NCBI RefSeq assembly: GCF_022045235.1
Contig: NW_027266319.1
Coordinates: 27,404,001 to 27,468,000 of the forward strand
Direction of reading: 5' to 3'
Origin: Haliotis cracherodii
Lineage: Eukaryota
Length of the DNA stretch: 64,000 nucleotides
A model generated the notes under the pieces. That model was not told the origin of the DNA. It searched no databases and saw only the letters and a list, made by a program, of their open reading frames with translations. The position numbers were made by a program, and so were the translations under genes. Shown piece after piece: positions 1-12,040 of this stretch. Every line of letters begins with the position of its first letter. Position 1 is the stretch's first letter.

Positions 1-23
1 GACAATATAGGTTGATATATAAA

Positions 24-1301
24 TACGAGGAATAATTAAAGGGAACCTCTGTCACTTCAGCTACTACAATGAAATTACCAGCTGGACAAGACACTCGCTC
101 AAATCTTGCACATCGCACTTGTACAGCATGCCGTCCACGGTGAAACATGCTGGCTCGTGTCAGTAAACCTCACAACCACGTGGTTCATTGATCGGATGCA
201 AAGAAGGATGCCTCCAAAGTGTACATGACAGAACACGAAAACCTTCTACGCAATAGGCATACTTTAAGCTGGCCAATCACAACATGCAGTTGCCAGACAC
301 TTTGGTAAGTCTTAAAGTATGATATCCCGACCGATGGGACGATATCGGCAGACGGGTTAGTTGAGAGGAGGGTAGGAAGAGGAAGGCCTAGACGACTGCC
401 CCAGGCCGGATAGACACATACGCCATTGCGTTGAGGAACAGTTTCCTTTCTGCGCCAGAACTGAAGGAAAACTTCAGGGTGGCCCAGAATTCCGACTTTC
501 GACGTCAACAGGTTGAAAACCACAGGTCTGAAATCAAGACGTCCTAGAGATATGCGTCTGACTGTGGTACATATGCGCCCCAGACAACAGTGGACACAAC
601 AGTTGAAGATACACTATGTTTTTATATGAACCGAGGTTCTGTTTAGGCTTTAAAGATGGTAGACAACGTGTTTGGAGACGGTGTGGAGAGAGGATCTATC
701 CTACAGCTGTCAAAGAACACGATAGGTACAGTGGCGGCAGCGCCATGGTGTGGACTGCCATCACATATGACAGCAGGACGGATCTGATGAGGAGCAAGGG
801 AACATGACCGGTCAACGTTATGTGGACCAAGTATTACGTCCCGTGTTCATCACATGTGCCCATCGCGTTGGTGAGAACTTTGAGTTCCAGGACGACAACG
901 AACGTTCTCAAAGAGCTCATGTTGCAGTCGACTGTCTGAGGCAGCAAGGTGTCACAACATTGTGCTGGCTAGCCAGGTCCCCAGACATGTCTTCGATGGA
1001 ACACTTCTGGGATGTTCTGGGCCGAAGTGTTCGCATCTGACCTCAGCTTTCCCAGAATCTGAAACAGCTCCTAGTTTAACCCTACAAGAAGAATGTTGAA
1101 AGATCCCAGGAGAGACAATGCGGCCTTTGATATCCAATATCATACTTATGGGACATGGACCATATATTGCATTTACTGAAAAGATTGAATTCCACAAAGT
1201 AATTTCTTTACACATCATTTCTGAATTTTTTGATTGATTGATTTATTTTATTATTTATATTTTTTAGGGGGGGGGGGGTCTCTTATATATTGTTCCTAGT
1301 A
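24..1301 (+). mobile_element. Decayed full-length Tc1-family DNA transposon (~1.28 kb)
   Basis: Imperfect TIRs TACGAGGAATAATTAAAGGGAACC (24-47) and GGTCTCTTATATATTGTTCCTAGTA (1277-1301) with TA ends; contains transposase remnants. Confidence 0.85.
208..1165 (+). pseudogene. Tc1 (DD34E) transposase pseudogene with frameshifts and stops
   Basis: Segments YAIGIL*AGQSQHAVARHFG (paired-like HTH), EPRFCL..DGRQRVWRR.GER, GGSAMVW, FQDDN and WLARSPDMSSMEHFWDVLGR match the Tc1 consensus motifs (DESRF, GGSVMVW, FQDDNA, WPARSPDLNPIEHLW). Confidence 0.92.
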
Positions 1302-1823
1302 TATATTAAATCTGCAGACCCGTAGGAGAGGTGTGTATATCTCTGTGTGTGGGAGGTTGGGGGTGGCTCAACAAATTTTCACAAACTTTCAAATTTAACC
1401 AACATCTACACACATACATAAATGTATTCTTTGGCCGAGCCCACTCTGAGGAACGCACCTGCGGGCCAGTGTATTTAGTGTGTGGTTAAATACCTAAGTT
1501 AACTACCCATTAAATTGTCCAATATCAGAAAAAACCGATAGCAGTTCCCCATCCTCAGACAGTGGTAAGTGGCAGGTGTCCGCTGGTTCAACACACTGTG
1601 TACATGTGGTTGCCGAGATGAGCGAGTGCGCTGTCCTCTGACAGCTTGTCTCTAATCAAGACAAAGTATCCTTTTGCCTTCAGTTTGCCTTGTGTGTTAG
1701 TCCAGTCTTTACAGCGTCCACGTGTCCAGTCGGTACACAATACAGCGATCAACTAATGTCGGCAAACATGACCATCGATGCCCGGTCAGTTCTTGAGAGG
1801 TCATGTTCTGTTTATCCCCCCCC

Positions 1824-1854
<31 letters not shown>

Positions 1855-2294
1855 ATTTCCCCACCTCTCTCCTCCCGCCCCTACTCCATCCTCCGCACAT
1901 GCTGGTGTATTTACAGTGGCTGGCCACCAATATCATCACCTCATATGTGAGGTATTAAATTCTGCCCGGGATCAATGATCAATACTAGATGTGTCATAAA
2001 AGATTACAGCTGACGCGGGTTTGTGCACATTGGCACAACTGGAAGTAGTAATCTACTCAACGCATGATACAGTATTAACTCCCGATTATCAGTTACTGGC
2101 ATGCCTAAGGGACGCAACTCTGCAGAGCGATTTGCGGCGTGTAGGACGACCATTCCAGCCTTGATAGGCTGGATCGAAAGAGGTGGCCTTGTAGTTCAAG
2201 TGTTGGTCTGTCACTCCGAAAATTCGGGTTCGCGTCCCCATATGGTTACACAGGTTTCTGGTCATAAACACCTTCTACTCACTAACTTAATCGT

Positions 2295-2548
2295 CCCGTG
2301 GAGACCCGGGTCTTCAGTAACCCATGCTTTCCGTAAAAAGGCGACTATGCTTGTCGTTAGGGGCGACTAACGGGATCGGGTGGTAGGTTTGCTGACTTGG
2401 TTGATGCATGTCATTGTATCCCAATTGCATCGATCGATGCTCATGATGTCAAACACTTGATTGTCTGGTCTAGACTCGAATATTTACATACCGCCGTCAT
2501 ATAGCTGGAATATTGCTGATTGCGGCGTTAAACAACAAACAAACAAAC
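2295..2548 (+). mobile_element. Family B non-autonomous retroposon (no tRNA head), near full length
   Basis: Starts CCCGTG, contains TGTCGT..GGCGACTAACGGG, ends GCTGGAATATTGCTGA.TGCGGCGTTAAAC(AAAC)n; TSD ACT(A/G)ACTTAATC at 2281-2292 and 2547-2558. Confidence 0.9.
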
Positions 2549-2875
2549 TGACTTAATCTGTGTGGATACCCTTGTTTTTGTGTTCAATGTATATACGGTA
2601 TATGCGGTACAAACGCATGCACAGTATATGAACACTTGCATTTCAATAACACATGTCAGAAGATCGCCATGTGCAGTGGACATTTCCAATAATGAAGTTT
2701 GAATGATCGCTCAAACGTAATTAAAAGTTCATGCGGAATTAAACTGACCGTTTCATGGGGAAACGATTTATTAAGGAAATAGTATATGTTACATTAACTG
2801 TGTTATAAAGTATCACTAATCCTCACAATTTTCGTTGTTATCAGGAAAGCGTGCACAACACTGTAAGGAAGGGGT

Positions 2876-2956
2876 TAGTCTGTTTCCCAGTCCCTGGAGA
2901 AAAAAATAAAAAAGGAGTCAAACTCAAGTCTAGAATGATTTGGCAAGTCTAGATTG
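2876..2956 (-). mobile_element. Fragment of Academ-type MITE family (one terminus plus internal TCTAGACTTG repeats)
   Basis: Reverse complement ends AGGGACTGGGAAACAGACTA and carries AATCTAGACTTGCCAAA..TTCTAGACTTG, as in the copies at 27540 and 30091. Confidence 0.6.
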
Positions 2957-3072
2957 GGTGTATGGCGTTACAAGGAAAATGTGAATCATACTGGCTCAAA
3001 ACATTATAGTCCTATTCACATGACATGAACACTGAGCTGGATTACTGACGTGCGGTTCGTCTCTCGCCTGGA

Positions 3073-3487
3073 GTGAGTGAGTGAGTTGGGTTTAACGCCG
3101 CTTTTAACAGTATCCACTGTTAAAAGTATCCACTGTTATATGGCGGCGTGTCAGCTTAATGTGGGAGGAAAGCCCGAAGTGATGCAGGTCGCAGACGTTT
3201 ACCACTTCGGTTGGTTTGTTGGTTGCTTTGTTGTTTCACGCCGCACTCAGAAGTAGTCCAGCTTTTTGACGGCGGTTTGTAAATAATTGAGTCTGGACCA
3301 GACAATCCAGTGATTGATATCGGGTGAAACCCACGAGCACGGGTATGGTGCTGACAAACCTAGAAACATAATCGAGGCGAACCGAGATTCGAACCCACAA
3401 TCATAGGTGTCTGGCTTGTCCAAGGGACGCAACTCTGCACAACGAATCGCGGCACCGTAGACGACTGGGGCCACCCGTTCCCCATCC
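3073..3487 (-). mobile_element. Family C SINE interrupted by a family B 3' fragment (about 3212-3322)
   Basis: Family C consensus on both sides of the insert; TSD CTCGCCTGGA at 3063-3072 and 3488-3497. Confidence 0.9.
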
Positions 3488-4282
3488 CTCGCCTGGAAAC
3501 ACGGAGTGCCTAAATATAACGCGAATCTCCCGCCATGTCCAGTATGGCCTCTTAATCATGCATAAGCTGGTATTCCCGTGTGGGAGTTCTGGGACAGAAG
3601 GATTCTCATGTAATTCACGAGGTCACTCAAACGGGGATCTGGTGGTAACAATGGTCAACATGGAGGACCTGTACAGCGTCAGGAGACCGCGGGCTGTGAC
3701 CTGGGTCCGTTCGTCAACGCCATCTTGGATTTACGACTTTGATCGAACGGGACAATAGCTAATTGTATCATTGAATCTAGGTGAATAGTTGTTTGTTTGT
3801 GCCATATTCGGCAATAGTCCAGCTATGTGACGGTGACCTGTAAACTATAAGGATAAAGCCAACGGATAAAAACGATATCCGTTGAGATCATATGCAGATA
3901 GAGATGCAAATATCAAAGGTCAAGTAGGGACTTCTTTCAGTGTTAACATACAAACATGGCGTCGACCTTGTCATTTGGCGATCGTGTCAGAATTAACCAT
4001 CGGGAATCGGGAGAAACTACTGGGAAAATAGCTTTTATTATCAAATGAAGTCTTATATACTGAAAACCAGTGTCTAACTGTGACGTAGCGAAATCTTGGC
4101 AACTTTGGAGAAACTTTGCAAAACAATTTAGCGAGGACACTAGCCAAGCGGGATCAGTTTCCAATTATCTGAAGCTGTGCTTGTAGACCTCTGCGGCTGG
4201 GAACCTTTGGTCCAAATTAACAGTTGGATTTGGTCAAAATAAATCCGACTTGTTACCTTGTTTCATTGTGTCGCTGTGGTGG

Positions 4283-4450
4283 AAGGGTGATCTGGTTGGC
4301 TGACTTGGTTGATGCATGTCATCGTATCCCAATTTCGTAGATCGATTCTTAAGTCATTCACTGGATTGTCTGGTCCAGACTCGATTCTTTAGAGACAGCC
4401 GTCATATAGCTGGAATATTGCTGAGTGCAGCGTTAAACAACAAACAAAAA
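4283..4450 (+). mobile_element. Family B, 5'-truncated copy
   Basis: GCTGACTTGGTTGATGCATGTCATCGTATCCC...GCTGGAATATTGCTGAGTGCAGCGTTAAACAACAAAC. Confidence 0.85.
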
Positions 4451-5893
4451 AACTAAATTATTTTCTGCAATGTGCCATTTTTAGACTTATGACTTTGAAT
4501 AATTGCAGGTTTTAGATATAATGTCTTATTAATTGACATGTATGCTGAATTCTTTGAAATTGTGTTTGTGTTACATTACGAACTAACGAGAGAAAAATAC
4601 AGTTCGCACACATGGCGATTTTTACGGAAGTAAGTTGACGTCAAACGTCCCCCTTTATGACGTTACAACACATTTGTATCCCAGCAACCACAAGGTCTCG
4701 TTACTCCTGGTTGGTCACAAACGTAGAATGTCTTTTTTATGTTCGCGTATCCACGTGTAATAATAATCATAACAATTATAATTCCGAATTTTTTCACAAG
4801 TAATTATCATATTTGTCCTACAACCTGCAGGATGTGACCGGTTGTTAACACGACAGCGCCGAGCGACAACACATTGGTACAATTCTGATGATTGTTGACT
4901 TATGATAAATAATTATTGTTATTGACATTATTGTTGACAAATGAACATCTGACACCTGTAATTAACAACTCTGCCATCGTCATTATCTCTACAATGTTGA
5001 TACATACACCTTTTGATTGCAATGGTCAAAAGTTTAAGGAATGTCTTTTTGGTCAACATTACTAGCTGTGATTGATAGCTTTTCGTATAGGTAATCATTT
5101 AGCGTTTGGTTTTCAGGTAGTGCTTAGAAATAAGATTTTGATGAAACTAAATGTTTTTACTGTAACAGAACTCCTCCAATAAATTGTTTGTTTCGTAATA
5201 ATGTTTAGGTCAGTTCATTGTGGGAAATACCTTAACTAACACTTAGTCTGTAAACATATTTCTTTAAAATAACTGTATTTTTTTTCAAAAGAACCTTTCC
5301 TCTTCTGCTATTGATTCAAGGACACTAAACTTGGTTTAGTTTAATCTAGACTTGCCCAGACTTAAGTAAAAATAAATATTAAATAGAAATTCTAGTCATG
5401 AAGTTGGACTAGGAGATACGGGGCTTGACACATTGTGAACGTTTCCTCCCAGCGCCAATGGATGGCCGGCGGTTTCGCGAAAAATCCGTCTTGCACAGTT
5501 CCCATTCATAAACATCAGCTGTTACCCTGCGTCACTGTGAGCATGCGCATTGATCATGTGTTGACAGGTACGTGATTGATGAGACCGTAATCAATACAAA
5601 ACAAGTATGTGTGGTTGCTGTGATTGATGGCTGTCATCTGATAGACTTGAAAGTCCGGCTTTTGGCCGTGTGTTGGCGTGGCAGGGACATCCAGGGCGAT
5701 GTATTTCACCTGCGCTGCCTCCCTGTGTTTCCCTGTCATACCCCTACCACGGATACCGTTAATCTGGACAAACCCTTCTTTCCGGGCGATTACTTTTGTT
5801 AGCGCCTATATGTACACAATGGCATGCACTCCGTGACCACGATTGCCCAGGCTTTTGAATCTGGATAAGTTTGACAGTTTTAACAGTAAACGC

Positions 5894-5967
5894 CCCCGTA
5901 AAGATCCAGGTTAGAATTGGTCTTCAGCAACCCATGCTTGTCGTAAGAGGCGACTAACGGGATCAGG
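5894..5967 (+). mobile_element. Family B head only, cut off by an Academ-like terminus starting at 5968
   Basis: CCCGTAAAGATCC...GGTCTTCAGCAACCCATGCTTGTCGTAAGAGGCGACTAACGGGATCAGG is followed directly by TAGTCTGACTCCCAGACCCT. Confidence 0.8.
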
Positions 5968-6453
5968 TAGTCTGACTCCCAGACCCTAAAGAATACGATA
6001 AAAAAACAATATGAATATGTAGATAAATATTTTAAATTTAAAATAACTCTATATCTGACAAGATGTTAGTCAAGAATATGACCAGAACCAACATTATTCA
6101 TGGTGATATTTATCGAGTGGAGTTTGTAATCATATTCGGTTTTACTCAACTAAAGACATGGAGATACCGAATAAGATATTGAAGGGTTGTGTTTTTTTTA
6201 TCTTTATAGAAACATGGATCATACTAGCATTTCGTTGCATAAAAAGATATAAGGTATTTTATGGATAATGGAGGCATGGGAGCATGCCTTGTACAGAGTA
6301 GCCTCACTTTGCCAAGCCATGATCCGTTTATCACACACACATATCCCAGATTCGCCCTGAATGTTGACCTTGTTCTGTACCATACCTTTGGTCGTTGATG
6401 TTACCAGTGGTATATGTTTACAATCTCACATTCAGCTGACACGTTGTGTTATA

Positions 6454-6619
6454 CAGCGAAACCTAGCCAGTCCGGACACCGTTAACCCGGACACCCCTCT
6501 TTCCGGGCGATCTTTATAGATACACAACTGACATTACTGTAAGCAATTACTCTTTAATCCGGACCTTTGATTATCCGGACACTGAAAACGGCATCGTCTG
6601 GTATAACGGGATTTCACTA
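6454..6619. mobile_element. pogo/Tigger-like MITE (related fragment at about 5745-5870)
   Basis: TA-CAGCGAAACC...GGATTTCACTA-TA termini and repeated ATCCGGACAC motifs; shares CCGTTAA..GGAC..CTTTCCGGGCGAT with the 5750 region. Confidence 0.6.
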
Positions 6620-7487
6620 TAACTGTAACAAACTGTTCAAAGCGGCATTAATCCCCTCACTCCCACATGGGACTTCTCTTGGTGAAATGCCTTAAATTCC
6701 TTCTTTGACCCCTCCCCATCAACGACAGATCAACAACGACACCAATATATGAAATAATGGATTAAAGCAGGAATTCTTTCAAAAAGTAACCAGCGCCTCT
6801 TATAACTCACCAGTATCGTAAACACAGTCTCTTTCCGTCTGAGTGTATCATGGTGTCGAGACAACATGAATGTGTGGAGTGTTTCAAATATGACAACATT
6901 GGCAGTCAATTACTCTGACATTGGGGGACATTACTGCACGTTTGAACCGCCATGAAAGTGCACGGTCATCGATTTCTCGCCAATAGCCGTATATTTAATG
7001 GAGGTCTTAATGAAATGAAAATCCGTGCTCCCTTAAAAAGAGGTTATTTGTTTGGGGCAACATTTCGGTTTCCTATTGTGCAGGAAACCAAACCAAGGCA
7101 TGATGGGATTGTTTTTCGGTAATGGTCTGGGGGATGGAGGGACCTCGGTCAATGCGGGTTACACATCAGCGGGGGAGGAGGATGCGAACAGCGTTCTGCC
7201 TACAGAGAACCGTTATGGAGGGTAGGGGATTCAGATGTTCGCTGCGGATGTACTTAGTGACATAAGTATGTAGTGTCCTGTAATTTGTCGTGTGCTTGCA
7301 CAGTTAATTTATCGCTACAGGTTCTTCGTTACTAGGATACATGCTTGTTTATATTCATACTTTAGGATTTTTTTCGTGGAGTCATTGTGCACTCAGAATC
7401 TCGCATTTTACGTGTTAGGCGCTTACGTACACACATGTTATGGTAATATCGTATCCAGGCAGTGTATTACTGTTTATGTTATAATCA

Positions 7488-7637
7488 NNNNNNNNNNNNN
7501 NNNNNNNNNNNNNNNNNNNNNNNNNNNNNNNNNNNNNNNNNNNNNNNNNNNNNNNNNNNNNNNNNNNNNNNNNNNNNNNNNNNNNNNNNNNNNNNNNNNN
7601 NNNNNNNNNNNNNNNNNNNNNNNNNNNNNNNNNNNNN
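7488..7637. other. Assembly gap (N run)
   Basis: Run of n; further gaps at 8477-8611 and 40263-40437. Confidence 1.
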
Positions 7638-8347
7638 TGTTATCGTTATCGTTATTATCATCATCATATCATAATATCGTTGTTATATTTCTTCCAGTGA
7701 TACGTACCTCAGCAATGCACGTGTTTCGAGAGTCAACTTGATGTCCCTGGAGTCGAGTGCCCCCTTCTAGGATGGGAGGGGCTTTTTCGTGTGCTGGAGA
7801 AGGGGGTCAGGTCGGGGAGCACGGTAACAAACCCTACTTCCAAGTGGTGGGGCCAGAGAAGACGCCAGGTAGGTCACGTTAATTTGAATTTCAAACATAA
7901 GCAAGGTAGACAACTCTACCAAAGCATCAACTGTGTAATTTTCAATGGAACATTTGGATAGATACAGCTCTTAGTTGCCTTCAGGACATATTTCCTTGCT
8001 GACGACCACATATAACATCTCGATTACTGGTTTCTGTCTGTTTGGGCGGAAATCGTGTGCAAAACCAGAAACCACATACGAATATACGGTCTCTGTCAAA
8101 ACCAAAGATTTCTTCGTGTTATGATTTGGGCGCAAATAGACCTTCAAGTGGACCAAACTCGCCCTAAATTCTACCACCACCACCTTGACTACTAAAACAA
8201 CTACTTCTGCTACTACTACCACTACTGCAACTACTAAACTGTATACAATATATGTGTACGCACAATACCAATGTACGCACTGCATATCCTACAACTCTAA
8301 CTGCTATGGCTGTTGGAGCTACTACTACTACTACTACTACTACTACT

Positions 8348-8476
8348 GGGGCAGTGGGGTAGCCTCGTAGTAAAGGCGTTCGCTGGTCACGCGAAGACCC
8401 GAGTTCGATTCCACACATGGGTACAATGTGTGAAGCTCATTTCGGGTGTTCCCTGCCGTGATGTTGCTGAAATATT
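8348..8476 (+). mobile_element. Family A tRNA-derived SINE, truncated by gap
   Basis: A-box and B-box head (GAGTTCGATTCC) plus ATGGGTACAATGTGTGAAGC body; preceded by a (CTA)n tract. Confidence 0.85.
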
Positions 8477-9118
8477 NNNNNNNNNNNNNNNNNNNNNNNN
8501 NNNNNNNNNNNNNNNNNNNNNNNNNNNNNNNNNNNNNNNNNNNNNNNNNNNNNNNNNNNNNNNNNNNNNNNNNNNNNNNNNNNNNNNNNNNNNNNNNNNN
8601 NNNNNNNNNNNNTCTTTGTTTTAACATCACCACACACTGAGACATCTCCGTACATACACTGCGGTTTAATGACGCGTCGTTTGAGACGCAGGAACAAACG
8701 TGAATCACAATGTGTGTTATATAACACTAATGAGAGGCCTCCATTTCATCACACAGTCCCCGCGAGCCAAACTCTTTCATGTCGCCAGAACGTCGTTAAA
8801 AGTGTTTGAAATAGCCTACCCAGACGAGATTTTGATTTCATGCAGTTCCACGTGTATTGTTGTCAGCAAATGACTCACGTTTTCGTGGTGTTGTGTGTTG
8901 ACCTATGTAGGCGTGGAAATGGTTTAATGACAACTGGTCGGGTGTTGCATGCATTGCAATGCTTTACAACAATTATTAATGCTTCCTTGAAAGAGCGAAA
9001 CTTCTTTTTTAAATGTTCGTTTCAGTCTTAAAACCGCCATAAATTTGCCAATAGCTCAACACGTGTCAGTACATATCCTATACATATGGTCCCGCTCCTT
9101 ATACAATTCCAGGTTAGA

Positions 9119-9284
9119 GTGGTTGAGTGAGTATGGTTTTACGCCGCTTTTAGCAATATTCCAGCAATATCACGGCGGGGGACACCAGAAATGGGCTTCA
9201 CACATTGTACCCATGTCGGGAATCGAACCCGGGTCTTCGGCGTGACGAGCGAACGCTTTAACCACTAGGCTACCCAACCGCCCC
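9119..9284 (-). mobile_element. Family A SINE (tRNA-Asp-like head), intact
   Basis: Minus strand GGGGCGG..TAGCCTAGTGGTTAAAGCGTTCGCTCGTCACGCCGAAGACCCGGGTTCGATTCCC, shared tail and (ACTC)n; TSD AGGTTAGA at 9111 and 9288. Confidence 0.92.
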
Positions 9285-10000
9285 ACAAGGTTAGAAGAAG
9301 GCACCGTATCCCTGCCATCAGAGCTGACTTAAACGAGGGTCAAGGATCTGTGAATTGACCTGATCACACACCCCGCAGCGGTGTTCGTTACCCAACCCTG
9401 GTTTGTCTGGTCCAGACTCGCTCATTTACATTTCACCGTGATTATAGCTGGAATGTTGCGGTGAGCTCCGTTCACTCACTCACTCACTCATCAAACGTCT
9501 CGAGATGTTTATGTGTGATTCTTGTCCACGCTGTGATTTGCCTGGAATATAACGAAAACACCGTAAAACAAACTCACTCATCGCCACTCGCAAAAGTCCG
9601 TGACATACATGCGGCGTGTCCCGGAATGACACGAGTGGTCACGAAGTTTCCTTCAATGTGACCCAAATCGGACCTTTAAAATCGAAATTCAGAAAACAAT
9701 ATCAGCACATCAAGATTTTTTTTATACCGCCGACTATAATGAACGCTTTGACAATAATAATAATATAAGAGATTTCTTTTATAACTAAAACAGAATTCTA
9801 CTAATTTTTTATCATGAATAAAAAAATCTTGTACTATGCATTTGAAAAACATAATTTCCACCTAGGTTTCAACCAACAGCTAATGTGCTTCACCCTGGTC
9901 ATGTACTGGGTCATGGCTGTAGAAAAGTGCCATGGCGTAAAACGGCACTCACTCACTCATTCACCCACTTTTCCATCCTCTGACTCACTCACTCACTCTA

Positions 10001-10265
10001 CCCGTGAAGAATCGGATTAGAATAGGTTTTCAGCAAACCCATCCTTGCCGTAAAAAGTGACAATGCTTGCCGTAAGAGGCCACTAACGGGATCGGGGGAT
10101 CAGACTCGCTGACTTGGTTGATGCATGTCATCGTATCCCGATTGCGTAGATCGATCCTAATAGTGTCAATCATTGGATTTCTAGTCCAGAATAGATTTTT
10201 TACTTTCCGCCGTCATATAGCTGGAATATTGCTGAGTGAGTCGTTACCAACCAACCAACCAACCA
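10001..10265 (+). mobile_element. Family B full-length copy with (CCAA)n tail
   Basis: Starts CCCGTGAAGA, has the duplicated ATGCTTG.CGTAA.A module and the shared tail. Confidence 0.88.
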
Positions 10266-10690
10266 AAATCTCAACGAGAATACCACAGAGTAAAAGTTTC
10301 CAATCTTCAAGATTAACATTGAGGTTAGACTTATCTTTTATTTATCAATATCATCGACATACGCAATAACCTTCTGAATAGTGCTACTTCCTTTCAGTCA
10401 AACACACGTACGTGCACCTGTTGGGCGATGTGTGCCGCGTGTTATCTTGTCTCTCAGATCCCTATACATGTTCCAGAAGCTCCCTATTATCTATCGCTGT
10501 GCTCCACTGACAGAATTGACAGGTGCTCGGTGGAGCCCCATCTGCCGCACGTTCTCCACCACGCATCTGTCGAACTAGTACATGCAAAGTATGTGATATC
10601 AAGTTATCTGGTACCCCTGCCCTAGCTCGTCCACAGCTCTCTCCTGTTTACAGCAAGTGCCTCTCACTGTCCATTAGACAGCCAATTTTG

Positions 10691-10980
10691 GGTGGGTGGG
10701 TGAGTGAGTGAGTTGGCTTTAACGCCGCTTTTAACAGTATTGCAGTTGTATCAGGGCGTGTCAGCTTAATGTGGGAGGAAAGCCCGAAGCGATGCAGATC
10801 TCAGACGTTTACCACTTTGGTGAAACCCACGAGCACAGGTATAGTGCTGACAAACCTAGAAACATGATCGGTGCGAACGGGGATTCGAACCCACAATCAT
10901 AGGTTTCTGGCGTGCCAAAGGGACGCAACTCTACAAAGCGAATCGAGGCGATTAGACGACTGGGCCACTTGTGCCCCCAA
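10691..10980 (-). mobile_element. Family C SINE, full length
   Basis: tRNA-Leu-like head, GGCTTTCCTCCCACA (V-domain-like), shared tail; TSD CCAATTTTG at 10682-10690 and 10982-10990. Confidence 0.92.
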
Positions 10981-11559
10981 ACCAATTTTGACCGGATTGT
11001 ACATTTGTCAAGGGAATACAATGCTGTGATGTAAACTTAGTTCCTCTCACACTGGCCAGGTAGCAGATTTGTTTGTGTATAGCCATACGATACCCGCGTC
11101 AAGCTCGGCTATGGGGAGAAAACCTGGAATGTCTATTGACCACCCATTACTGACTTGCTGACAGTTTTATTACAAAGCTAGATCCTTCCAGATAGGGACA
11201 TTGTGTGCGACTTGCACCGGAGTACCAGCATGTCATATATTCAGGGCATGTAGATTGCTTCCCGAGGAAGTCGGAATTCATTTATGAGAGCATGCAGTAG
11301 CAGTGGTAGACATAGCTTCTCCATTTTTCATGTAAAAAATGAGCTTTGTTTAGTCTGAAGGTTCCGTTTACAATACACCATCCAGAAAGTGCCGTTGAGA
11401 TTTATTTCTGAATGTATTATTGATAACCAGTTGTGACGTTATGGGCAGTGGATAAAATTCAACGTTTTAAAGGGACACGTCGCTGTTACTTAACCAAAAC
11501 AACTGTCCACGTGTTGAATCGGCTTTGACGCAAGAACTTGACGTCCTTCTTTAACTCCT

Positions 11560-11880
11560 GGATGGCTTACGACGGGGAGGTGAGAGATTCGGGTGTCCCT
11601 AGTGAGTAAACTAATAACATGTGGTCGTAATACCTGCCACTCCACCTGGGCAACTCGACCGCGTGTCGCACGGTGATGTTGAGTGTGGCCGACGAGCGCC
11701 TAGCGTGACCTTAATGATTTCTCGCTCTAAATCCCGCCGAAAATCAGCTGCTTGTCAACTGTGTTGCTCTACATAGCGCGGGGTTCTTTCTCGCATTCCC
11801 CCGTATAGAATTAACCCATTAAAAAGGAGCCAGACCTCCCTTACCCCGCCCCCTCTGCCGGCTCTGACTCACAGCCTGTC
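11560..11880 (+). promoter_or_regulatory. Candidate CpG-rich promoter upstream of exon 1a
   Basis: Unique CpG-rich DNA with GC box CCCCGCCCC (11844-11852) and AP-1 site TGACTCA (11866-11872), upstream of an ATG and strong splice donor. Confidence 0.5.
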
Positions 11881-12009
11881 ACACACACAAGCACTGAGGC
11901 ACTGAGACGAGATCTGTTGATGTCTGGAGTTTCCGAACTGTTGATATGCTCTTGATTTAGGGAAGTTTCCCAGGAATTCAATTCCGGATTTCGTAGTGGA
12001 TATATTGTG

Positions 12010-12040
12010 ATGTTGCTGTGCGGAGGACGCAAGCGATGCG
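12010..12040 (+). CDS. Candidate first coding exon 1a (MLLCGGRKRC + phase-1 intron) of an unidentified gene
   Basis: ATG at 12010, 31 nt, followed by donor G|GTGAGT at 12041; promoter-like DNA upstream. Confidence 0.5.

Noticed and set aside
4610-4650. ETS (CGGAAGT) plus CRE (TGACGTCA) composite and ATG..GAA|GTAAGT
   Set aside because: Short motifs with no supporting exon structure; expected by chance in 64 kb.
5342-5366. p53-like half-sites AGACTTGCCC/AGACTTGCCA
   Set aside because: Part of the Academ-type MITE internal motif; the second half-site is poor or wrongly spaced.
5894-5965. Assigning the family B head to the HDV-like ribozyme class because of hairpin + CUAA
   Set aside because: No P3/L3 (UCCUCG-like) or P1.1 arrangement could be built by eye.
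9200-9284. tRNA-Asp or tRNA-Leu genes at the many GGTTCGA(A/T)TCC sites
   Set aside because: Acceptor and anticodon stems do not close, and each runs into a SINE body and tail, often with TSDs; these are SINE heads.
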